Shown one piece after another: positions 1 to 13,760 of a stretch of DNA of 64,000 bases. How positions within the stretch are numbered: position 1 is the stretch's first letter; each line of letters opens with the position of its first letter. The notes beneath the pieces were generated by a model, which was given only the letters and a program-made list of their open reading frames with translations, ran no database searches and had not been told where the DNA came from. Position numbers and translations under genes: made by a program. The stretch comes from Octopus vulgaris (lineage: Eukaryota), in assembly GCA_951406725.2 (NCBI GenBank), contig OX597827.1:72230001-72294000 (forward strand), written 5' to 3'.

Positions 1-106
1 AAAGGTGTTCAGTGTTGTTGTTGGTGAGGTGGCTGATAACTTTGTGGGTGTTTACCAAGTCCGTCGCCAGACGCTGGAGCTTCAGTGAATCCATGCCCAG
101 GGAAAC
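1..106 (-). mobile_element. CR1-clade LINE ORF2 3' fragment
   Basis: Minus strand SLGMDSLKLQRLATDLVNTHKVISHLTNNNTEHL, same family as 48690-49175. Confidence 0.7.
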
Positions 107-359
107 AAATCAAATTAAATGTTGGCTTTATAAAAAGGCAAACACATTGGCTAATATTGTCCGTGTACACAGTAGCAAGTAAGAAAAGTGGCAGGATGGT
201 GGTAGATGTTCTGGAATCCCTTCAATTATAGCCAACATGGGGGCTGAACATGAACATTTTATATAGAAATTCTAGTCTCTTTTCTTAACTCCTTAGACAA
301 TTGTGTGTCATACACATAAAGAGAAGTCTTATAGACTGAACATTACACGGATCTGATCA

Positions 360-738
360 TCTCTCTCTATATAAACGGCAGTTTGTCTGTGCGTGTTTCT
401 GTGTGTCTGTTTGCTTGTACCCTCACTCTGACCACGGCTTTCAACCGATTCTGATGAAACTTAACACACACATAGCCCAATGTCATAATTCAAAACTAAC
501 GCAGCGAAAATTTTGAAAAGTTCCCCCAGTTCTGAAAAAATCGATAAATTCGACATGGGGTCGAGAATCAGAAACCCAAACCACAGACCGTCTAGGGGAC
601 GCAACTCCACCTTTTTTAACTCAAAAAAAATTTACCATTTTTTCCCCATTTTTTTGCTATTTTTTGGCTATAACTCTCTAAAAATGCTTTATAGTTATTT
701 CCCTTACAAACCTGAGCAACGCCGGGCGATACTGCTAG
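360..738 (+). mobile_element. Non-autonomous Helitron
   Basis: Starts A|TC, ends CTAG|T (735-738), with subterminal GC hairpin CCTGAGCAACGCCGGG. Confidence 0.8.
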
Positions 739-839
739 TTTTCACATAAAGACACCTGGTTTAATCCTTTTGATACTAACTTGCTAAAGATTACCTTTTG
801 TTTGCTGACACAAAACTGTCTCTTTTAAAATATTTATAT

Positions 840-1067
840 TTAACCCTTTCCTTACTGTATTTCTGTTGAGATGCTCTGTATTTCTTTCAATTACTTTAAA
901 TGTAACAAAGAATTTAGTAAAATAACTTAGTTATCATTCAGCTAATGTTAGGAACATAAATTGTGACTAAGGTTTGGTGGAAGATTTTAATTCAAAACTT
1001 AAGAAAACAAGACATTTGTGCTCAGAGCCAGAGCCGGTTTCAGCCGAGTTGGTAATGAAAGGGTTAA
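840..1067. mobile_element. piggyBac-type MITE, family 1 (other copies ~6229-6457, ~30586-30804)
   Basis: TTAA-CCCTTT...AAAGGG-TTAA termini, ~230 bp AT-rich body repeated across the window. Confidence 0.75.
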
Positions 1068-1940
1068 TGCTTTAGCATTCATATTGCTCTTTTGTAAGTT
1101 TAAACACACACACACACACTCCAGTATGGAAAAGTGGACATTAAATGATGATGACATACAATGAGTTTCCACTTAATTTCCATCTGCCAAATTCATTCTC
1201 AAGGCATTGGTCAACCCAGGGCTATAGTAGTAGACATTTGCCCATGGTACCATGCAGTGGGACTGAACCTGAAACCATATGCTTGCAAAGAGAGTTTCTT
1301 AATCACAACACAACCTTGCCTGAACTTCATCATAGTTTTCTATGGGAACCTTTTGTTATATTTCAAAGATCAGCTTCATAACAGAGGAGTTGGTTAATTA
1401 ATTAAACATCTTCAAATTCTTGATAATTTTAAAATAATTGAAACTCACAGATAGTTGTGCATTTCATCAGAAATATAATCACAAAAGGGTCCTATATCTA
1501 AAATAAGGCCTGAAGACTGTCCATAACATTATTCTAATGCTTTTGACAAAAGCCCTTAAAGTATCACTGTGACCCTTTGGCAAGATTATGTTGTCAAAAG
1601 TAATACTTATTTAATCACATTATTTTGGATTAATCATGCATTATCTTATAGCTTCAAAATTTTGATGATTGCTTATTTATTTTTAGAATGGTATTGTAGG
1701 GTAGGTGTGAGGGGCTGGATCTGGTTAGTTTGAACCTAAAGCAGAATATTTGGGCCAGATATGGCCAGCTTAAACTCTTAACATAAAATCCTGTATAATT
1801 TCACTCAGAGATGTCTAGTAAATATATATTTGAACGAAAATATACGTTCACTGTACCCTGAGGCATATGTCACTTATTTCTAACCCCAAATACTTCGTTT
1901 ATGATGTCATTCCCGTTTTCTATCATCAACTATCATTTCT

Positions 1941-2173
1941 GCGGCGAGCTGGCAGAAACGTTAGCACGCCGGGCGAAATGCTTAGCGGTATTTCGTCTGC
2001 CGCTACGTTGTGAGTTCAAATTCCGCCGAGGTCGACTTTGCCTTTCATCCTTTCGGGGTCGATAAATTAAGTACCAGTTACGCACTGGGGTCGATGTAAT
2101 CGACTTAATACCTATGTCTGACCTTGTTTGTCCGCTCTGTGTTTAGCCCCTTGTGGGTAATAAAGAAATAGGT
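1941..2173 (+). mobile_element. tRNA-derived SINE, family B (also 49576-49808; decayed copies at 15155-16015)
   Basis: A-box-like GAGCTGGCAGAAACG, B-box GAGTTCAAATTCC, central GCCTTTCATCCTTTCGGGGTCGATAAATTAAGTACC domain. Confidence 0.8.
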
Positions 2174-2875
2174 AACTTCATAGTAAATCATCCCCACACC
2201 GACTGGCTCCCAAGCTGGTAGCACCATCCGAACATGGCCAACACCACTGCTCCCATGCCAGTGACATATAAAAAGCACCCACTACACTCTTGGAGTAATT
2301 GGCCTTAGGATCAAGTTGTAGAAACATTGCCGAATCAAATTGGAGCCTGGTGCAGCCTCCTGGCTTGCCAGACTCCAGTCAAACCGTCCAACCCATGCCA
2401 GCATGGAAAACGGACGTTGAATGATGACGATGATAATCCAAAATAATAATTTATGTAACCCACTACACTCACGGAGTGGTTGGCGTTAGGAAGGGCATCC
2501 AGCCGTAGAAACATTGCCAGATCAGACTGGAGCCTGGTGCAGCCTTCTGGCTTCACAGACCCCAGTTGAACTGTCCAACCCATGCTAGCATGGAAAGCGG
2601 ACGCTAAATGATGATGATGATGATACAGATTCTCTTTCTTTTCTTCCCTTTTCTCTTTTTCTCTATGAAAGCATTCGCTCGTTACAAGGTCCTTAGACCA
2701 CTGAAAACCTAAGACCTACTTGAATAAAATGGACGCTAGATATATTTTTTATGGAAATTGAAAAAGAGAAAATGTGTATGTCAAGAGGTGAATTTCTAAA
2801 GAGTTAGATGTTTGGTTGCCTTTTTTGTTTTAGCTTGCGCTTGTTCTTATCTATTTTCCTTTCTACTGTTTGCAG

Positions 2876-3063
2876 GAATGCCAAGCAGCTGACAGACTGT
2901 TTAAAATGCTTGATGCTGGCCTGAAGAGTACTCATCTACCGAGTAAGACACATGCACTCCACGGCATCCTATACATTTTAGAAGCTGGGATTATAGATCT
3001 TACTAAGCAGATTATTCCAATGGTCACAGACTTCCTCCTGCGACACCTTGCAGTAATTTCACA
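2876..3063 (+). CDS. HTT: Huntingtin, internal exon (first in window)
   Basis: Acceptor ttgcag|, donor |gtacgt. Translates ECQAADRLFKMLDAGLKSTHLPSKTHALHGILYILEAGIIDLTKQIIPMVTDFLLRHLAVISQ, matching the recalled human HTT segment [25 protein letters not shown]. Phase 0/2. Confidence 0.93.
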
Positions 3064-3290
3064 GTACGTAAAAAAAGATTTTAAAAAATTCTTTTTAATA
3101 CTAACTGATAGTAACTAATCCTTCCTTTTTTGGGGGGAGGGCTGTCAGCTCCAGGGGGAGTTGTAGGGCTGCTGTTGTGGCATACAATATGTTCTGGTAA
3201 TTAACCCTTTTAGCATTCAGATTACTCTGTTAAATACAGTTCTATATTTAAGAGATGAGGAATTATGTACATTATTTATATTATTTGCAT

Positions 3291-3494
3291 TACTCTTTTA
3301 CTTGTTTCAGTCATTTTGACTGCGGCCATGCTGGAGCACCGCCTTTAGTCGAGCAAATCGACCCCGGGACTTATTCTTTGTAAGCCCAGTACTTATTCTA
3401 TCGGTCTCTTTTGCCGAACTGCTAAGTGACGGGGACGTAAACACACCAGCATCAGTTGTCAAGCAATGCTAGGGGGACAAACACAGACACACAA

Positions 3495-3548
<54 letters not shown>

Positions 3549-3710
3549 GACAGGCTTCTTTCAGTTTCCGTCTACCAAATCCACTCACAAGGCATTGGTC
3601 AGCCCAGGGCTATAGCAGAAGACACTTGCCCAAGATGCCACGCAGTGGGACTGAACCCGGAACCATGTGGTTGGTTAGCCAGCTACTTACCACACAGCCA
3701 CTCCTGCGCC
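3291..3710 (-). mobile_element. CORE-like tRNA-derived SINE, family A (dominant SINE of the window)
   Basis: Head TGGCTGTGTGG (A box) and GGTTCAGTCCC (B box), CTTGGGCAAGTG core, internal (TA)n(TG)n, tail (GTAAAAGA)n. More than 15 copies in the window. Confidence 0.85.
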
Positions 3711-4014
3711 CATTTACATTTACATTTACATTTGACGGATATTTGTCCTCATTTTGTTTGTTGTTAACAAACAAGATGAGCACAAATATCCGTCAAATGT
3801 AAATAATGTATTCTGTTAAATGTAAAATTGTTCATTCACTTTGCTTTGAATTAATCATGCCATATCTTGTAGCTTTGAGATTTTGATGACATTTTTGTTT
3901 TTATTTTTACAATGACATTGTAAGGTAGGTGTGAGAGGCCAGCCCTAGCCAGTTTGAACATCAAAACAAGTAGAATAATTGAGTTAGATATGGCTGGTTG
4001 AACTGCTAAAGTGT

Positions 4015-4220
4015 TAGTTAGTTAGTTAATTTTTGGGCTCAAAAAGCAAAAAAGCAAGGCCATGTAGGGGGACATGGAGTTATTTACAGGGTGGTGTTCA
4101 CGTAAAGAGTTCAGGCCACTTGTGGTCAAGGGAGACTTTGAACTGAGCGGTCGTCGGCATCTTCACCATCTCGTCCGGCAGCTTAATCCACGGATCCGCA
4201 AGACGGAGAAAGCCCCTCTG
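4015..4220 (-). mobile_element. CR1-like LINE 3' end with (TAAC)n tail
   Basis: Minus strand FLRLADPWIKLPDEMVKMPTTAQFKVSLDHKW, typical ORF2 C-terminus, followed by a short UTR and tetranucleotide tail. Confidence 0.65.
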
Positions 4221-4969
4221 GAACCTAGTGGAACCCATTTCTCTACAGATTTAACCCCTACTGATTTCTTTCACGGGTGGGTGGAGAAGGAGAGATAAAC
4301 TTGACCTCTGTTTTGGGCTGGTATTCCTTCTGGTACTGCCATTTATCCTTCTGAAAGGATAAATGGCTAAGTTGACCTTGGCAGGATTTGAACTCAGTAA
4401 ACAGAGAGCCAGAATGAATGACTATCATAAAGCATTCTTTCTGATGCTGTTGTGACTCTGCCAATTTGTTGCTTTATGCTGTAACTAATGTCTTATACAT
4501 AGTAACTTAGATAGTAACTAATGTAATATATGCATAATAAGTTATATATCAACTAATGTAATAATATAACAACTTGTATAGTACCTGGTGGAGGCGTGTG
4601 GCTCAGCGGTTAGGGTGTTGCACTTGTGAGCATAAAACTGTGGTCTTGATTCCTGGACTGGGTGATGAGGCATTGTGTTCTTGAGCAAAACACTTCATTT
4701 TGTGATGCTCCAGTCCATTGTGGATCCCCAATTTACTATTTTGTTGTGTGGACCCTTAAAAGTCTTAAATGGACCTTCAGGGGCCATATGGACCCTGGTT
4801 GAGAACCACTGAACTAAACCTTTCAAGGTAGTGCCCCAGCATGGCCATGCTCCGATGACTGAAATAAGTAAAACGTAAGATATGGTTGAGTCAGAAGAGC
4901 CTGGAGGAGGACATGAAGCAAGTTTTTTTTCTGTGTTGTTGTATTTCTTTGTACTCATCCTTGGATTGT

Positions 4970-5763
4970 AGGGTGACCTGCTGTGCTTGAGGAGGCCTAT
5001 TGAGTCAAGTACATCAACATCAGTGCCGCCTTGACTGGCTTCCGTGCCAGTGGTACGTAAAAAGCACCATCCGAACGTGGCTGATGCCAGCGCCGCCTTG
5101 ACTGGCTTCCGTGCCAGTGGCACGTAAAAAGCACCATCTGAACATAGCTGATGCCAACGCTGCCTTGACTGGCTTCCATGCCAGTGGCACGTAAAAAGCA
5201 CCATCTGAACATAGCTGATGCCAACGCTGCCTTGACTGGCTTCCATGCCAGTGGCACGTAAAAAGCACCATCTGAACATAGCTGATGCCAACGCTGCCTT
5301 GACTGGCTTCCATGCCAGTGGCACATAAAAAGCACCAACCGATCGTGGCTGTTGACAGCCTCGCCTGGCCCTTGTGCCGGTGGCATGTAAAAAGCACCCA
5401 CTACACTCACAGAGTGGTTGGCGTTAGGAAGGGCATCCAGCTGTAGAAACACTGCCAGATCAGACTTGAGCCTGGTGCAGCCTTCTGGCTTCCCAGACCC
5501 CAGTCAAACCGTCAAACCGTTAGGAAGGGCATCCAGCTGTAGAAACACTGCCAGATCAGACTGGAGCCTGGTGCAGCCTTCTGGCTTCCCAGACCCCAGT
5601 CAAACCGTCAAACCGTTAGGAAGGGCATCCAGCTGTAGAAACACTGTCAGATCAGACTTGAGCCTGGTGCAGCCTTCTGGCTTCCCAGACCCCAGTCAAA
5701 CCGTCAAACCCATGCTAGCATGGAAAACGGACGTTAAACGATGATGATGATGATGATGATGAT
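4970..5763 (+). mobile_element. RTE-LINE 3' end with ~64-bp internal tandem repeat and triplicated 96-bp tail segment
   Basis: Five to six copies of GCCAGTGGCACGTAAAAAGCACC units, three copies of GGAAGGGCATCCAGCTGTAGAAAC..., (GAT)n tail. Confidence 0.75.
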
Positions 5764-5791
5764 TTGTATGTTGTTGTTGTTTTTTCCCCAG

Positions 5792-5906
5792 AGCAAGTAT
5801 CACCAGCCAGCAATTCGTATTAACTCTGTGGGCGACTGCTTTCTATATATTAGAGAACTACCAAGAAGAGCTGCATGATACTGACATCCCCATCAAAATC
5901 CTTCAG
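5792..5906 (+). CDS. HTT: Huntingtin exon
   Basis: tttttccccag| ... cag|gtaaat. ASITSQQFVLTLWATAFYILENYQEELHDTDIPIKILQ (human SQQHVLVMCATAFYLIENY). Phase 2/0 fits neighbours. Confidence 0.93.
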
Positions 5907-7696
5907 GTAAATGGTTTTCTTTTCTTCTTCTTCTTCTTCCAGTCACCTGTTTTCAGGGATCAGGTAATTTTTGTTCATTATTATTCTGCTTTTTTTTTTT
6001 TTTTTTGGTTTTTTTTTTTTTTTCAACTCGTTAGCATTCAGATTTCTCTGTCAAATCTAATACTTAATTATTCACACTGTTTTGAATTAATCCTGCATTA
6101 TCTTGTGGCTTTGAGATTTCAATGAAATGATTGTTTATTTCTTGAAATGACATTGAAGGATAGGTGTGAGAGGCTGGATATAGCCAGTTTGAACATAAAT
6201 CAGAATATTTTAGTTGGATATAGCTGGTTTAACCCTTTTGATACCAACCCGGCTGAAACCAGCTCTGGCTCTGAGTACAAATATCTTGTTTACATATGTT
6301 TTGAATTAAATTCTTCCACCAAACCTTAGTCACAATTTAGGTTCCTAACACTAGCTTAATGATAACTAAGTTATTTTACTAAATCCTTTTTATATTCAAA
6401 AGTAATTGAAAGAAACAGTGAACATATCAAAATAAATACAGTAATGAAAGGGTTAAGGTTTCTGAAGGAATAAAGTTTTAGAAATTATAAACCTCAAGGG
6501 AGCTTCTAGGTCATAACTTGGCCTGCTAGAGATACCAGTGAAATCACTCTCAAATCACACCTTATTGTTTTAAGTAAAGAAGGGTACATCGGCCAATGTA
6601 GTGCTTGATAAACAAAAGAACTATGATGAAATACTTTTTATCATAGAGCCCATGGGGGTCGATAAACTAAGTACCAGTTGCGTACTGGGGTCAATCTAAT
6701 CAACTGGCCACCTCCCCCCAAATTTCAGGCCTTGTGCCTTTAGTAGAAAGGATTATTATTGTTGTTGTTATTATTATTATTATTATTATATTTAAAAGAC
6801 ATTTGTACTCAGAGCCAGGGCTGGTTTCAGTTGGGTTTGTAATGAAAGGGTTAAAAGCAAATCTCTTTCTCTTACTTCATCATCTTTATCTGGTCAGGTG
6901 AGACTTACCCAGGTCAATAAGTTATATTGGTCTCTTGATAGCTGAATGTTCATCTGCGCCTGCCACAACTACAGATGACAGCAATAGTTTACCAATCGTG
7001 GCCGATGCCAGTACCCACTGACTGGCCCCCGTGCCAGTGGCATGTAAAAAGCACAATCCAAACGGGATCGATGCCAAGCCTGTCTGATTGGCACATAAGA
7101 AGCATCCACTGCACTCTTGGAGTGGTTGGCATTAGGAAGGGCATCAAGTTGTAGAAACATTGCCAGATCAGATTGGAGCCTGGTGCACCTTTCTGGCTCG
7201 CCAGACCTCAGTCAAACTGTCCAACCCATGCCAGCACGGAAAACGGACGTTAGACGATGATGAGGATGAACTGGTTGATCCTGGCCATTGACAATCCTCT
7301 GTTCACCCATTCAGCATCTCGTGCAGGGGTTCCCAACCAGTGGTGCCTGACCTCCTGGTGGGGGTCATGAAGCCTTAGCAAGTGGGGTCGCGTGGCCTTG
7401 TTAGAAGTGACTGGGGATGATGTTATTTTCATAAAATGTAAATCAAGCTGCTGATAGTAGAGGGTCGCATGGGGTTCAAGCTTTTGGCTAAGGGGTTGCG
7501 AGTGCAAAAATGTTGGGAACTGCTGATCTAGTGATATTCACCATTGACTCAATAAGTTCATTTTCTGAAATAATTCACATCCCCCATTCTGCATCTCATG
7601 ATTTCACATCCCTTGAACAAATCCTCATCTAACAGGGGTCATCTTACTGTTAATAATCCTCATCTCTGTATTTGCTCCCTCTCCTGTGTGTTACAG

Positions 7697-7842
7697 TTGG
7701 CCGTCAATGCTGCCTCAAGTAATGAAGAAAGCACTTGTGTATCTGTGTATCTGGCCATCCTTCGGGGACTGGAGAGGCTGTTGTTGACCGCCACGCTCTC
7801 AAAACCAGATGCAGAAACCATTATAAAATTAAGCATGGATAG
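7697..7842 (+). CDS. HTT: Huntingtin exon
   Basis: ttacag| ... ag|gtaagt. LAVNAASSNEESTCVSVYLAILRGLERLLLTATLSKPDAETIIKLSMDR (human LRGLERLLL...VKLSVDR). Phase 0/2. Confidence 0.95.
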
Positions 7843-8449
7843 GTAAGTACCTTTTTCCTTCTCTTAATTATTAATTTCGCTTAGTTTCTGTCTTATGATA
7901 TTTTTATTCTACAATTCATGTTGATTGGGACTTTGACCCTTAGGAGACGACAGGACTGATCTATTGGCCGAAAAGTCGAATGATGAAGAAGTTTGTATTA
8001 GTTCATTAAATTTCCTACAAGAACATATATAGTTTTATGTGTGTGTATGTATGTATGTATGTATATCTGGATGAGTGTGTATGTATATATGTATGTATTT
8101 GTGTACGTATATATGTGTGTCCTTGTCTAGACATCATGCGGTGGTTGTAAATGAGCATCATTGTCATATAAACGAGGCTGTTTATTTCCAATATTCTGTG
8201 AAAAATATGCCTGGGCAAGGTAAATATTGCATCACTTGGAAACAGGTGAAGGTTGGGATCAGGAAGAGTATCCAGCTGTAGAAAATCAACCTCAACTAAT
8301 TTTGCCCAACCCATAAAAAAAATGGACATTAAAACCATGATGAAGCTTCAAGCAACTTTATTTTTTTTAATAAATATTTTGGAAGAAGAATTAGGCCATA
8401 CTTGTATACTAGCACAACTGAACATTTATTATATTCTATAGTTCTCGCA

Positions 8450-11400
8450 TGGTCAATGCCAGTGCCGCATGACTGGCTTGTGTGCCGGTGGCACGTAAAA
8501 AGCACCATTCGAGTGTGGTTGATGCCAGTGCCGCCTGACTAGTTTGTGCTGGCGGCATGTAAAAAGCATCATTCAAGCATGGAAGATGCCAGTGCCGCCT
8601 GACTGGTTCACATGCTGGTGGCATGTAAAAAGCACCATTCGAGTGTGGTTGATGCCAGTGCAGCCTGACTGGCACACATGTTGGTGGCATGTAAAAAGCA
8701 CCATTCGAGTGTGGTTGATGCCAGTGCAGCCTGACTGGCACACATGTTGGTGGCATGTAAAAAGCACCATTCGAGTGTGGTTGATGCCAGTGCAGCCTGA
8801 CTGGCACACATGTTGGTGGCATGTAAAAAGCACCATTCGAGTGTGGTTGATGCCAGTGCAGCCTGACTGGCACACATGTTGGTGGCATGTAAAAAGCACC
8901 ATTCGAGTGTGGTTGATGCCAGTGCAGCCTGACTGGCACACATGTTGGTGGCATGTAAAAAGCACCATTCGAGTGTGGTTGATGCCAGTGCAGCCTGACT
9001 GGCACACATGTTGGTGGCATGTAAAAAGCACCATTCGAGTGTGGTTGATGCCAGTGCAGCCTGACTGGCACACATGTTGGTGGCATGTAAAAAGCACCAT
9101 TCGAGTGTGGTTGATGCCAGTGCAGCCTGACTGGCACACATGTTGGTGGCATGTAAAAAGCACCATTCGAGTGTGGTTGATGCCAGTGCAGCCTGACTGG
9201 CACACATGTTGGTGGCATGTAAAAAGCACCATTCGAGTGTGGTTGATGCCAGTGCAGCCTGACTGGCACACATGTTGGTGGCATGTAAAAAGCACCATTC
9301 GAGTGTGGTTGATGCCAGTGCAGCCTGACTGGCACACATGTTGGTGGCATGTAAAAAGCACCATTCGAGTGTGGTTGATGCCAGTGCAGCCTGACTGGCA
9401 CACATGTTGGTGGCATGTAAAAAGCACCATTCGAGTGTGGTTGATGCCAGTGCAGCCTGACTGGCACACATGTTGGTGGCATGTAAAAAGCACCATTCGA
9501 GTGTGGTTGATGCCAGTGCAGCCTGACTGGCACACATGTTGGTGGCATGTAAAAAGCACCATTCGAGTGTGGTTGATGCCAGTGCAGCCTGACTGGCACA
9601 CATGTTGGTGGCATGTAAAAAGCACCATTCGAGTGTGGTTGATGCCAGTGCAGCCTGACTGGCACACATGTTGGTGGCATGTAAAAAGCACCATTCGAGT
9701 GTGGTTGATGCCAGTGCAGCCTGACTGGCACACATGTTGGTGGCACGTAAAAGCACCATTCGAGTGTGGTTGATGCCAGTGCAGCCTGACTGGCACACAT
9801 GTTGGTGGCATGTAAAAAGCACCATTCGAGTGTGGTTGATGCCAGTGCAGCCTGACTGGCACACATGTTGGTGGCATGTAAAAAGCACCATTCGAGTGTG
9901 GTTGATGCCAGTGCAGCCTGACTGGCACACATGTTGGTGGCATGTAAAAAGCACCATTCGAGTGTGGTTGATGCCAGTGCAGCCTGACTGGCACACATGT
10001 TGGTGGCATGTAAAAGCACCATTCGAGTGTGGTTGATGCCAGTGCAGCCTGACTGGCACACATGTTGGTGGCATGTAAAAAGCACCATTCGAGTGTGGTT
10101 GATGCCAGTGCAGCCTGACTGGCACACATGTTGGTGGCATGTAAAAAGCACCATTCGAGTGTGGTTGATGCCAGTGCAGCCTGACTGGCACACATGTTGG
10201 TGGCATGTAAAAAGCACCATTCGAGTGTGGTTGATGCCAGTGCAGCCTGACTGGCACACATGTTGGTGGCACGTAAAAAGCACCATTCGAGTGTGGTTGA
10301 TGCCAGTGCAGCCTGACTGGCACACATGTTGGTGGCATGTAAAAAGCACCATTCGAGTGTGGTTGATGCCAGTGCAGCCTGACTGGCACACATGTTGGTG
10401 GCATGTAAAAAGCACCATTCGAGTGTGGTTGATGCCAGTGCAGCCTGACTGGCACAAAAAGCACCATGTTGGTGATGCCAGTGCAGCCTGACTGGCAACA
10501 TGTTGGTGGCATGTAAAAAGCACCATTCGAGTGTGGTTGATGCCAGTGCAGCCTGACTGGCACACATGTTGGTGGCATGTAAAAAGCACCATTCGAGTGT
10601 GGTTGATGCCAGTGCAGCCTGACTGGCACACATGTTGGTGGCATGTAAAAAGCACCATTCGAGTGTGGTTGATGCCAGTGCAGCCTGACTGGCACACATG
10701 TTGGTGGCATGTAAAAAGCACCATTCGGTGTGGTTGATGCCAGTGCAGCCTGACTGGCACACATGTTGGTGGCATGTAAAAAGCACCATTCGAGTGTGGT
10801 TGATGCCAGTGCAGCCTGACTGGCACACATGTTGGTGGCATGTAAAAAGCACCATTCGAGTGTGGTTGATGCCAGTGCAGCCTGACTGGCACACATGTTG
10901 GTGGCATGTAAAAAGCACCATTCGAGTGTGGTTGATGCCAGTGCAGCCTGACTGGCACACATGCTGGTGGAATGTAAAAAGCACCATTCGAGTGTGGTTG
11001 ATGCCAGTGCAGCCTGACTGGCACACATGTTGGTGGCATGTAAAAAGCACCATTCGAGTGTGGTTGATGCCAGTGCAGCCTGACTGGCACACATGTTGGT
11101 GGCATGTAAAAAGCACCATTCGAGTGTGGTTGATGCCAGTGCAGCCTGACTGGCACACATGTTGGTGGAATGTAAAAAGCACCATTCGAGTGTGGTTGAT
11201 GCCAGTGCAGCCTGACTGGCACACATGTTGGTGGCATGTAAAAAGCACCATTCGAGTGTGGTTGATGCCAGTGCAGCCTGACTGGCACACATGTTGGTGG
11301 CATGTAAAAAGCACCATTCGAGTGTGGTTGATGCCAGTGCAGCCTGACTGGCACACATGTTGGTGGCATGTAAAAAGCACCATTCGAGTGTGGTTGATGC

Positions 11401-13760
11401 CAGTGCAGCCTGACTGGCACACATGTTGGTGGCATGTAAAAAGCACCATTCGAGTGTGGTTGATGCCAGTGCAGCCTGACTGGCACACATGTTGGTGGCA
11501 TGTAAAAAGCACCATTCGAGTGTGGTTGATGCCAGTGCAGCCTGACTGGCACACATGTTGGTGGCATGTAAAAAGCACCATTCGAGTGTGGTTGATGCCA
11601 GTGCAGCCTGACTGGCACACATGTTGGTGGCACGTAAAAAGCACCATTCGAGTGTGGTTGATGCCAGTGCAGCCTGACTGGCACACATGTTGGTGGCATG
11701 TAAAAAGCACCATTCGAGTGTGGTTGATGCCAGTGCAGCCTGACTGGCACACATGTTGGTGGCATGTAAAAGCACCATTCGAGTGTGGTTGATGCCAGTG
11801 CAGCCTGACTGGCACACATGTTGGTGGCATGTAAAAAGCACCATTCGAGTGTGGTTGATGCCAGTGCAGCCTGACTGGCACACATGTTGGTGGCATGTAA
11901 AAAGCACCATTCGAGTGTGGTTGATGCCAGTGCAGCCTGACTGGCACACATGTTGGTGGCATGTAAAAAGCATCATTCGAGTGTGGTTGATGCCAGTGCA
12001 GCCTGACTGGCACACATGTTGGTGGCATGTAAAAAGCACCATTCGAGTGTGGTTGATGCCAGTGCAGCCTGACTGGCACACATGTTGGTGGCATGTAAAA
12101 AGCACCATTCGAGTGTGGTTGATGCCAGTGCAGCCTGACTGGCACACATGTTGGTGGCACGTAAAAAGCACCATTCGAGTGTGGTTGATGCCAGTGCAGC
12201 CTGACTGGCACACATGTTGGTGGCATGTAAAAAGCACCATTCGAGTGTGGTTGATGCCAGTGCAGCCTGACTGGCACACATGTTGGTGGCATGTAAAAAG
12301 CACCATTCGAGGTGGTTGATGCCAGTGCAGCCTGACTGGCACACATGTTGGTGGCATGTAAAAAGCACCATTCGAGTGTGGTTGATGCCAGTGCAGCCTG
12401 ACTGGCACACATGTTGGTGGAATGTAAAAAGCACCATTCGAGTGTGGTTGATGCCAGTGCAGCCTGACTGGCACACATGTTGGTGGCATGTAAAAAGCAC
12501 CATTCGAGTGTGGTTGATGCCAGTGCAGCCTGACTGGCACACATGTTGGTGGCATGTAAAAAGCACCATTCGAGTGTGGTTGATGCCAGTGCAGCCTGAC
12601 TGGCACACATGTTGGTGGCATGTAAAAAGCACCATTCGAGTGTGGTTGATGCCAGTGCAGCCTGACTGGTACACATGTTGGTGGAATGTAAAAAGCACCA
12701 TTCGAGTGTGGTTGATGCCAGTGCAGCCTGACTGGCACACATGTTGGTGGCATGTAAAAAGCACCATTCGAGTGTGGTTGATGCCAGTGCAGCCTGACTG
12801 GCACACATGTTGGTGGCATGTAAAAAGCACCATTCGAGTGTGGTTGATGCCAGTGCAGCCTGACTGGCACACATGTTGGTGGCACGTAAAAAGCACCATT
12901 CGAGTGTGGTTGATGCCAGTGCAGCCTGACTGGCACACATGCTGGTGGCATGTAAAAAGCACCATTCGAGTGTGGTTGATGCCAGTGCAGCCTGACTGGC
13001 ACACATGTTGGTGGCATGTAAAAAGCACCATTCGAGTGTGGTTGATGCCAGTGCAGCCTGACTGGCACACATGTTGGTGGCATGTAAAAAGCACCATTCG
13101 AGTGTGGTTGATGCCAGTGCAGCCTGACTGGCACACATGTTGGTGGCATGTAAAAAGCACCATTCGAGTGTGGTTGATGCCAGTGCAGCCTGACTGGCAC
13201 ACATGTTGGTGGCACGTAAAAAGCACCATTCGAGTGTGGTTGATGCCAGTGCAGCCTGACTGGCACACATGTTGGTGGCATGTAAAAAGCACCATTCGAG
13301 TGTGGTTGATGCCAGTGCAGCCTGACTGGCACACATGTTGGTGGAATGTAAAAAGCACCATTCGAGTGTGGTTGATGCCAGTGCAGCCTGACTGGCACAC
13401 GTGCTGGTGGAATGTAAAAAGCACCATTCGAGTGTGGTTGATGCCAGTGCAGCCTGACTGGCACACATGGTGGTGGCATGTAAAAGCACCATTCGAGTGT
13501 GGTTGATGCCAGTGCCGCCTGACTGGCACACATGCTGGTGGCACGTAAAAAGCACCATTCGAGTGTGGTTGATGCCAGTGCAGCCTGACTGGCACACGTG
13601 CTGGTGGAATGTAAAAGGTACTGTTCAAGCATGGAAGATGCTAGTGGAGCCTTAACTGGCACATGTGCTGGTGGCATGTAAAAAGTACCATTTGAGCGTG
13701 GAAGATGCTAGTGCAGCCTGACTGGCTCCCATGTTGGTGGAACGTAAAAAGCATCCACTA
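8450..13760 (+). repeat. 66-bp minisatellite, ~80 near-identical copies, expanded within an RTE 3' end in an HTT intron
   Basis: Unit GATGCCAGTGCAGCCTGACTGGCACACATGTTGGTGGCATGTAAAAAGCACCATTCGAGTGTGGTT, running directly into the RTE-type tail at 13755-13918. Confidence 0.97.

Noticed and set aside
8436-13677. ORFs of 1171-1689 aa on - and several on +
   Set aside because: By-product of a stop-free 66-bp unit (22 codons). All three minus frames are open, frames swap at single-base indels, and the array lies in an HTT intron.
8450-13760. CRISPR-like array (also considered for 24329-24636)
   Set aside because: No unique spacers, no cas genes, eukaryotic context.
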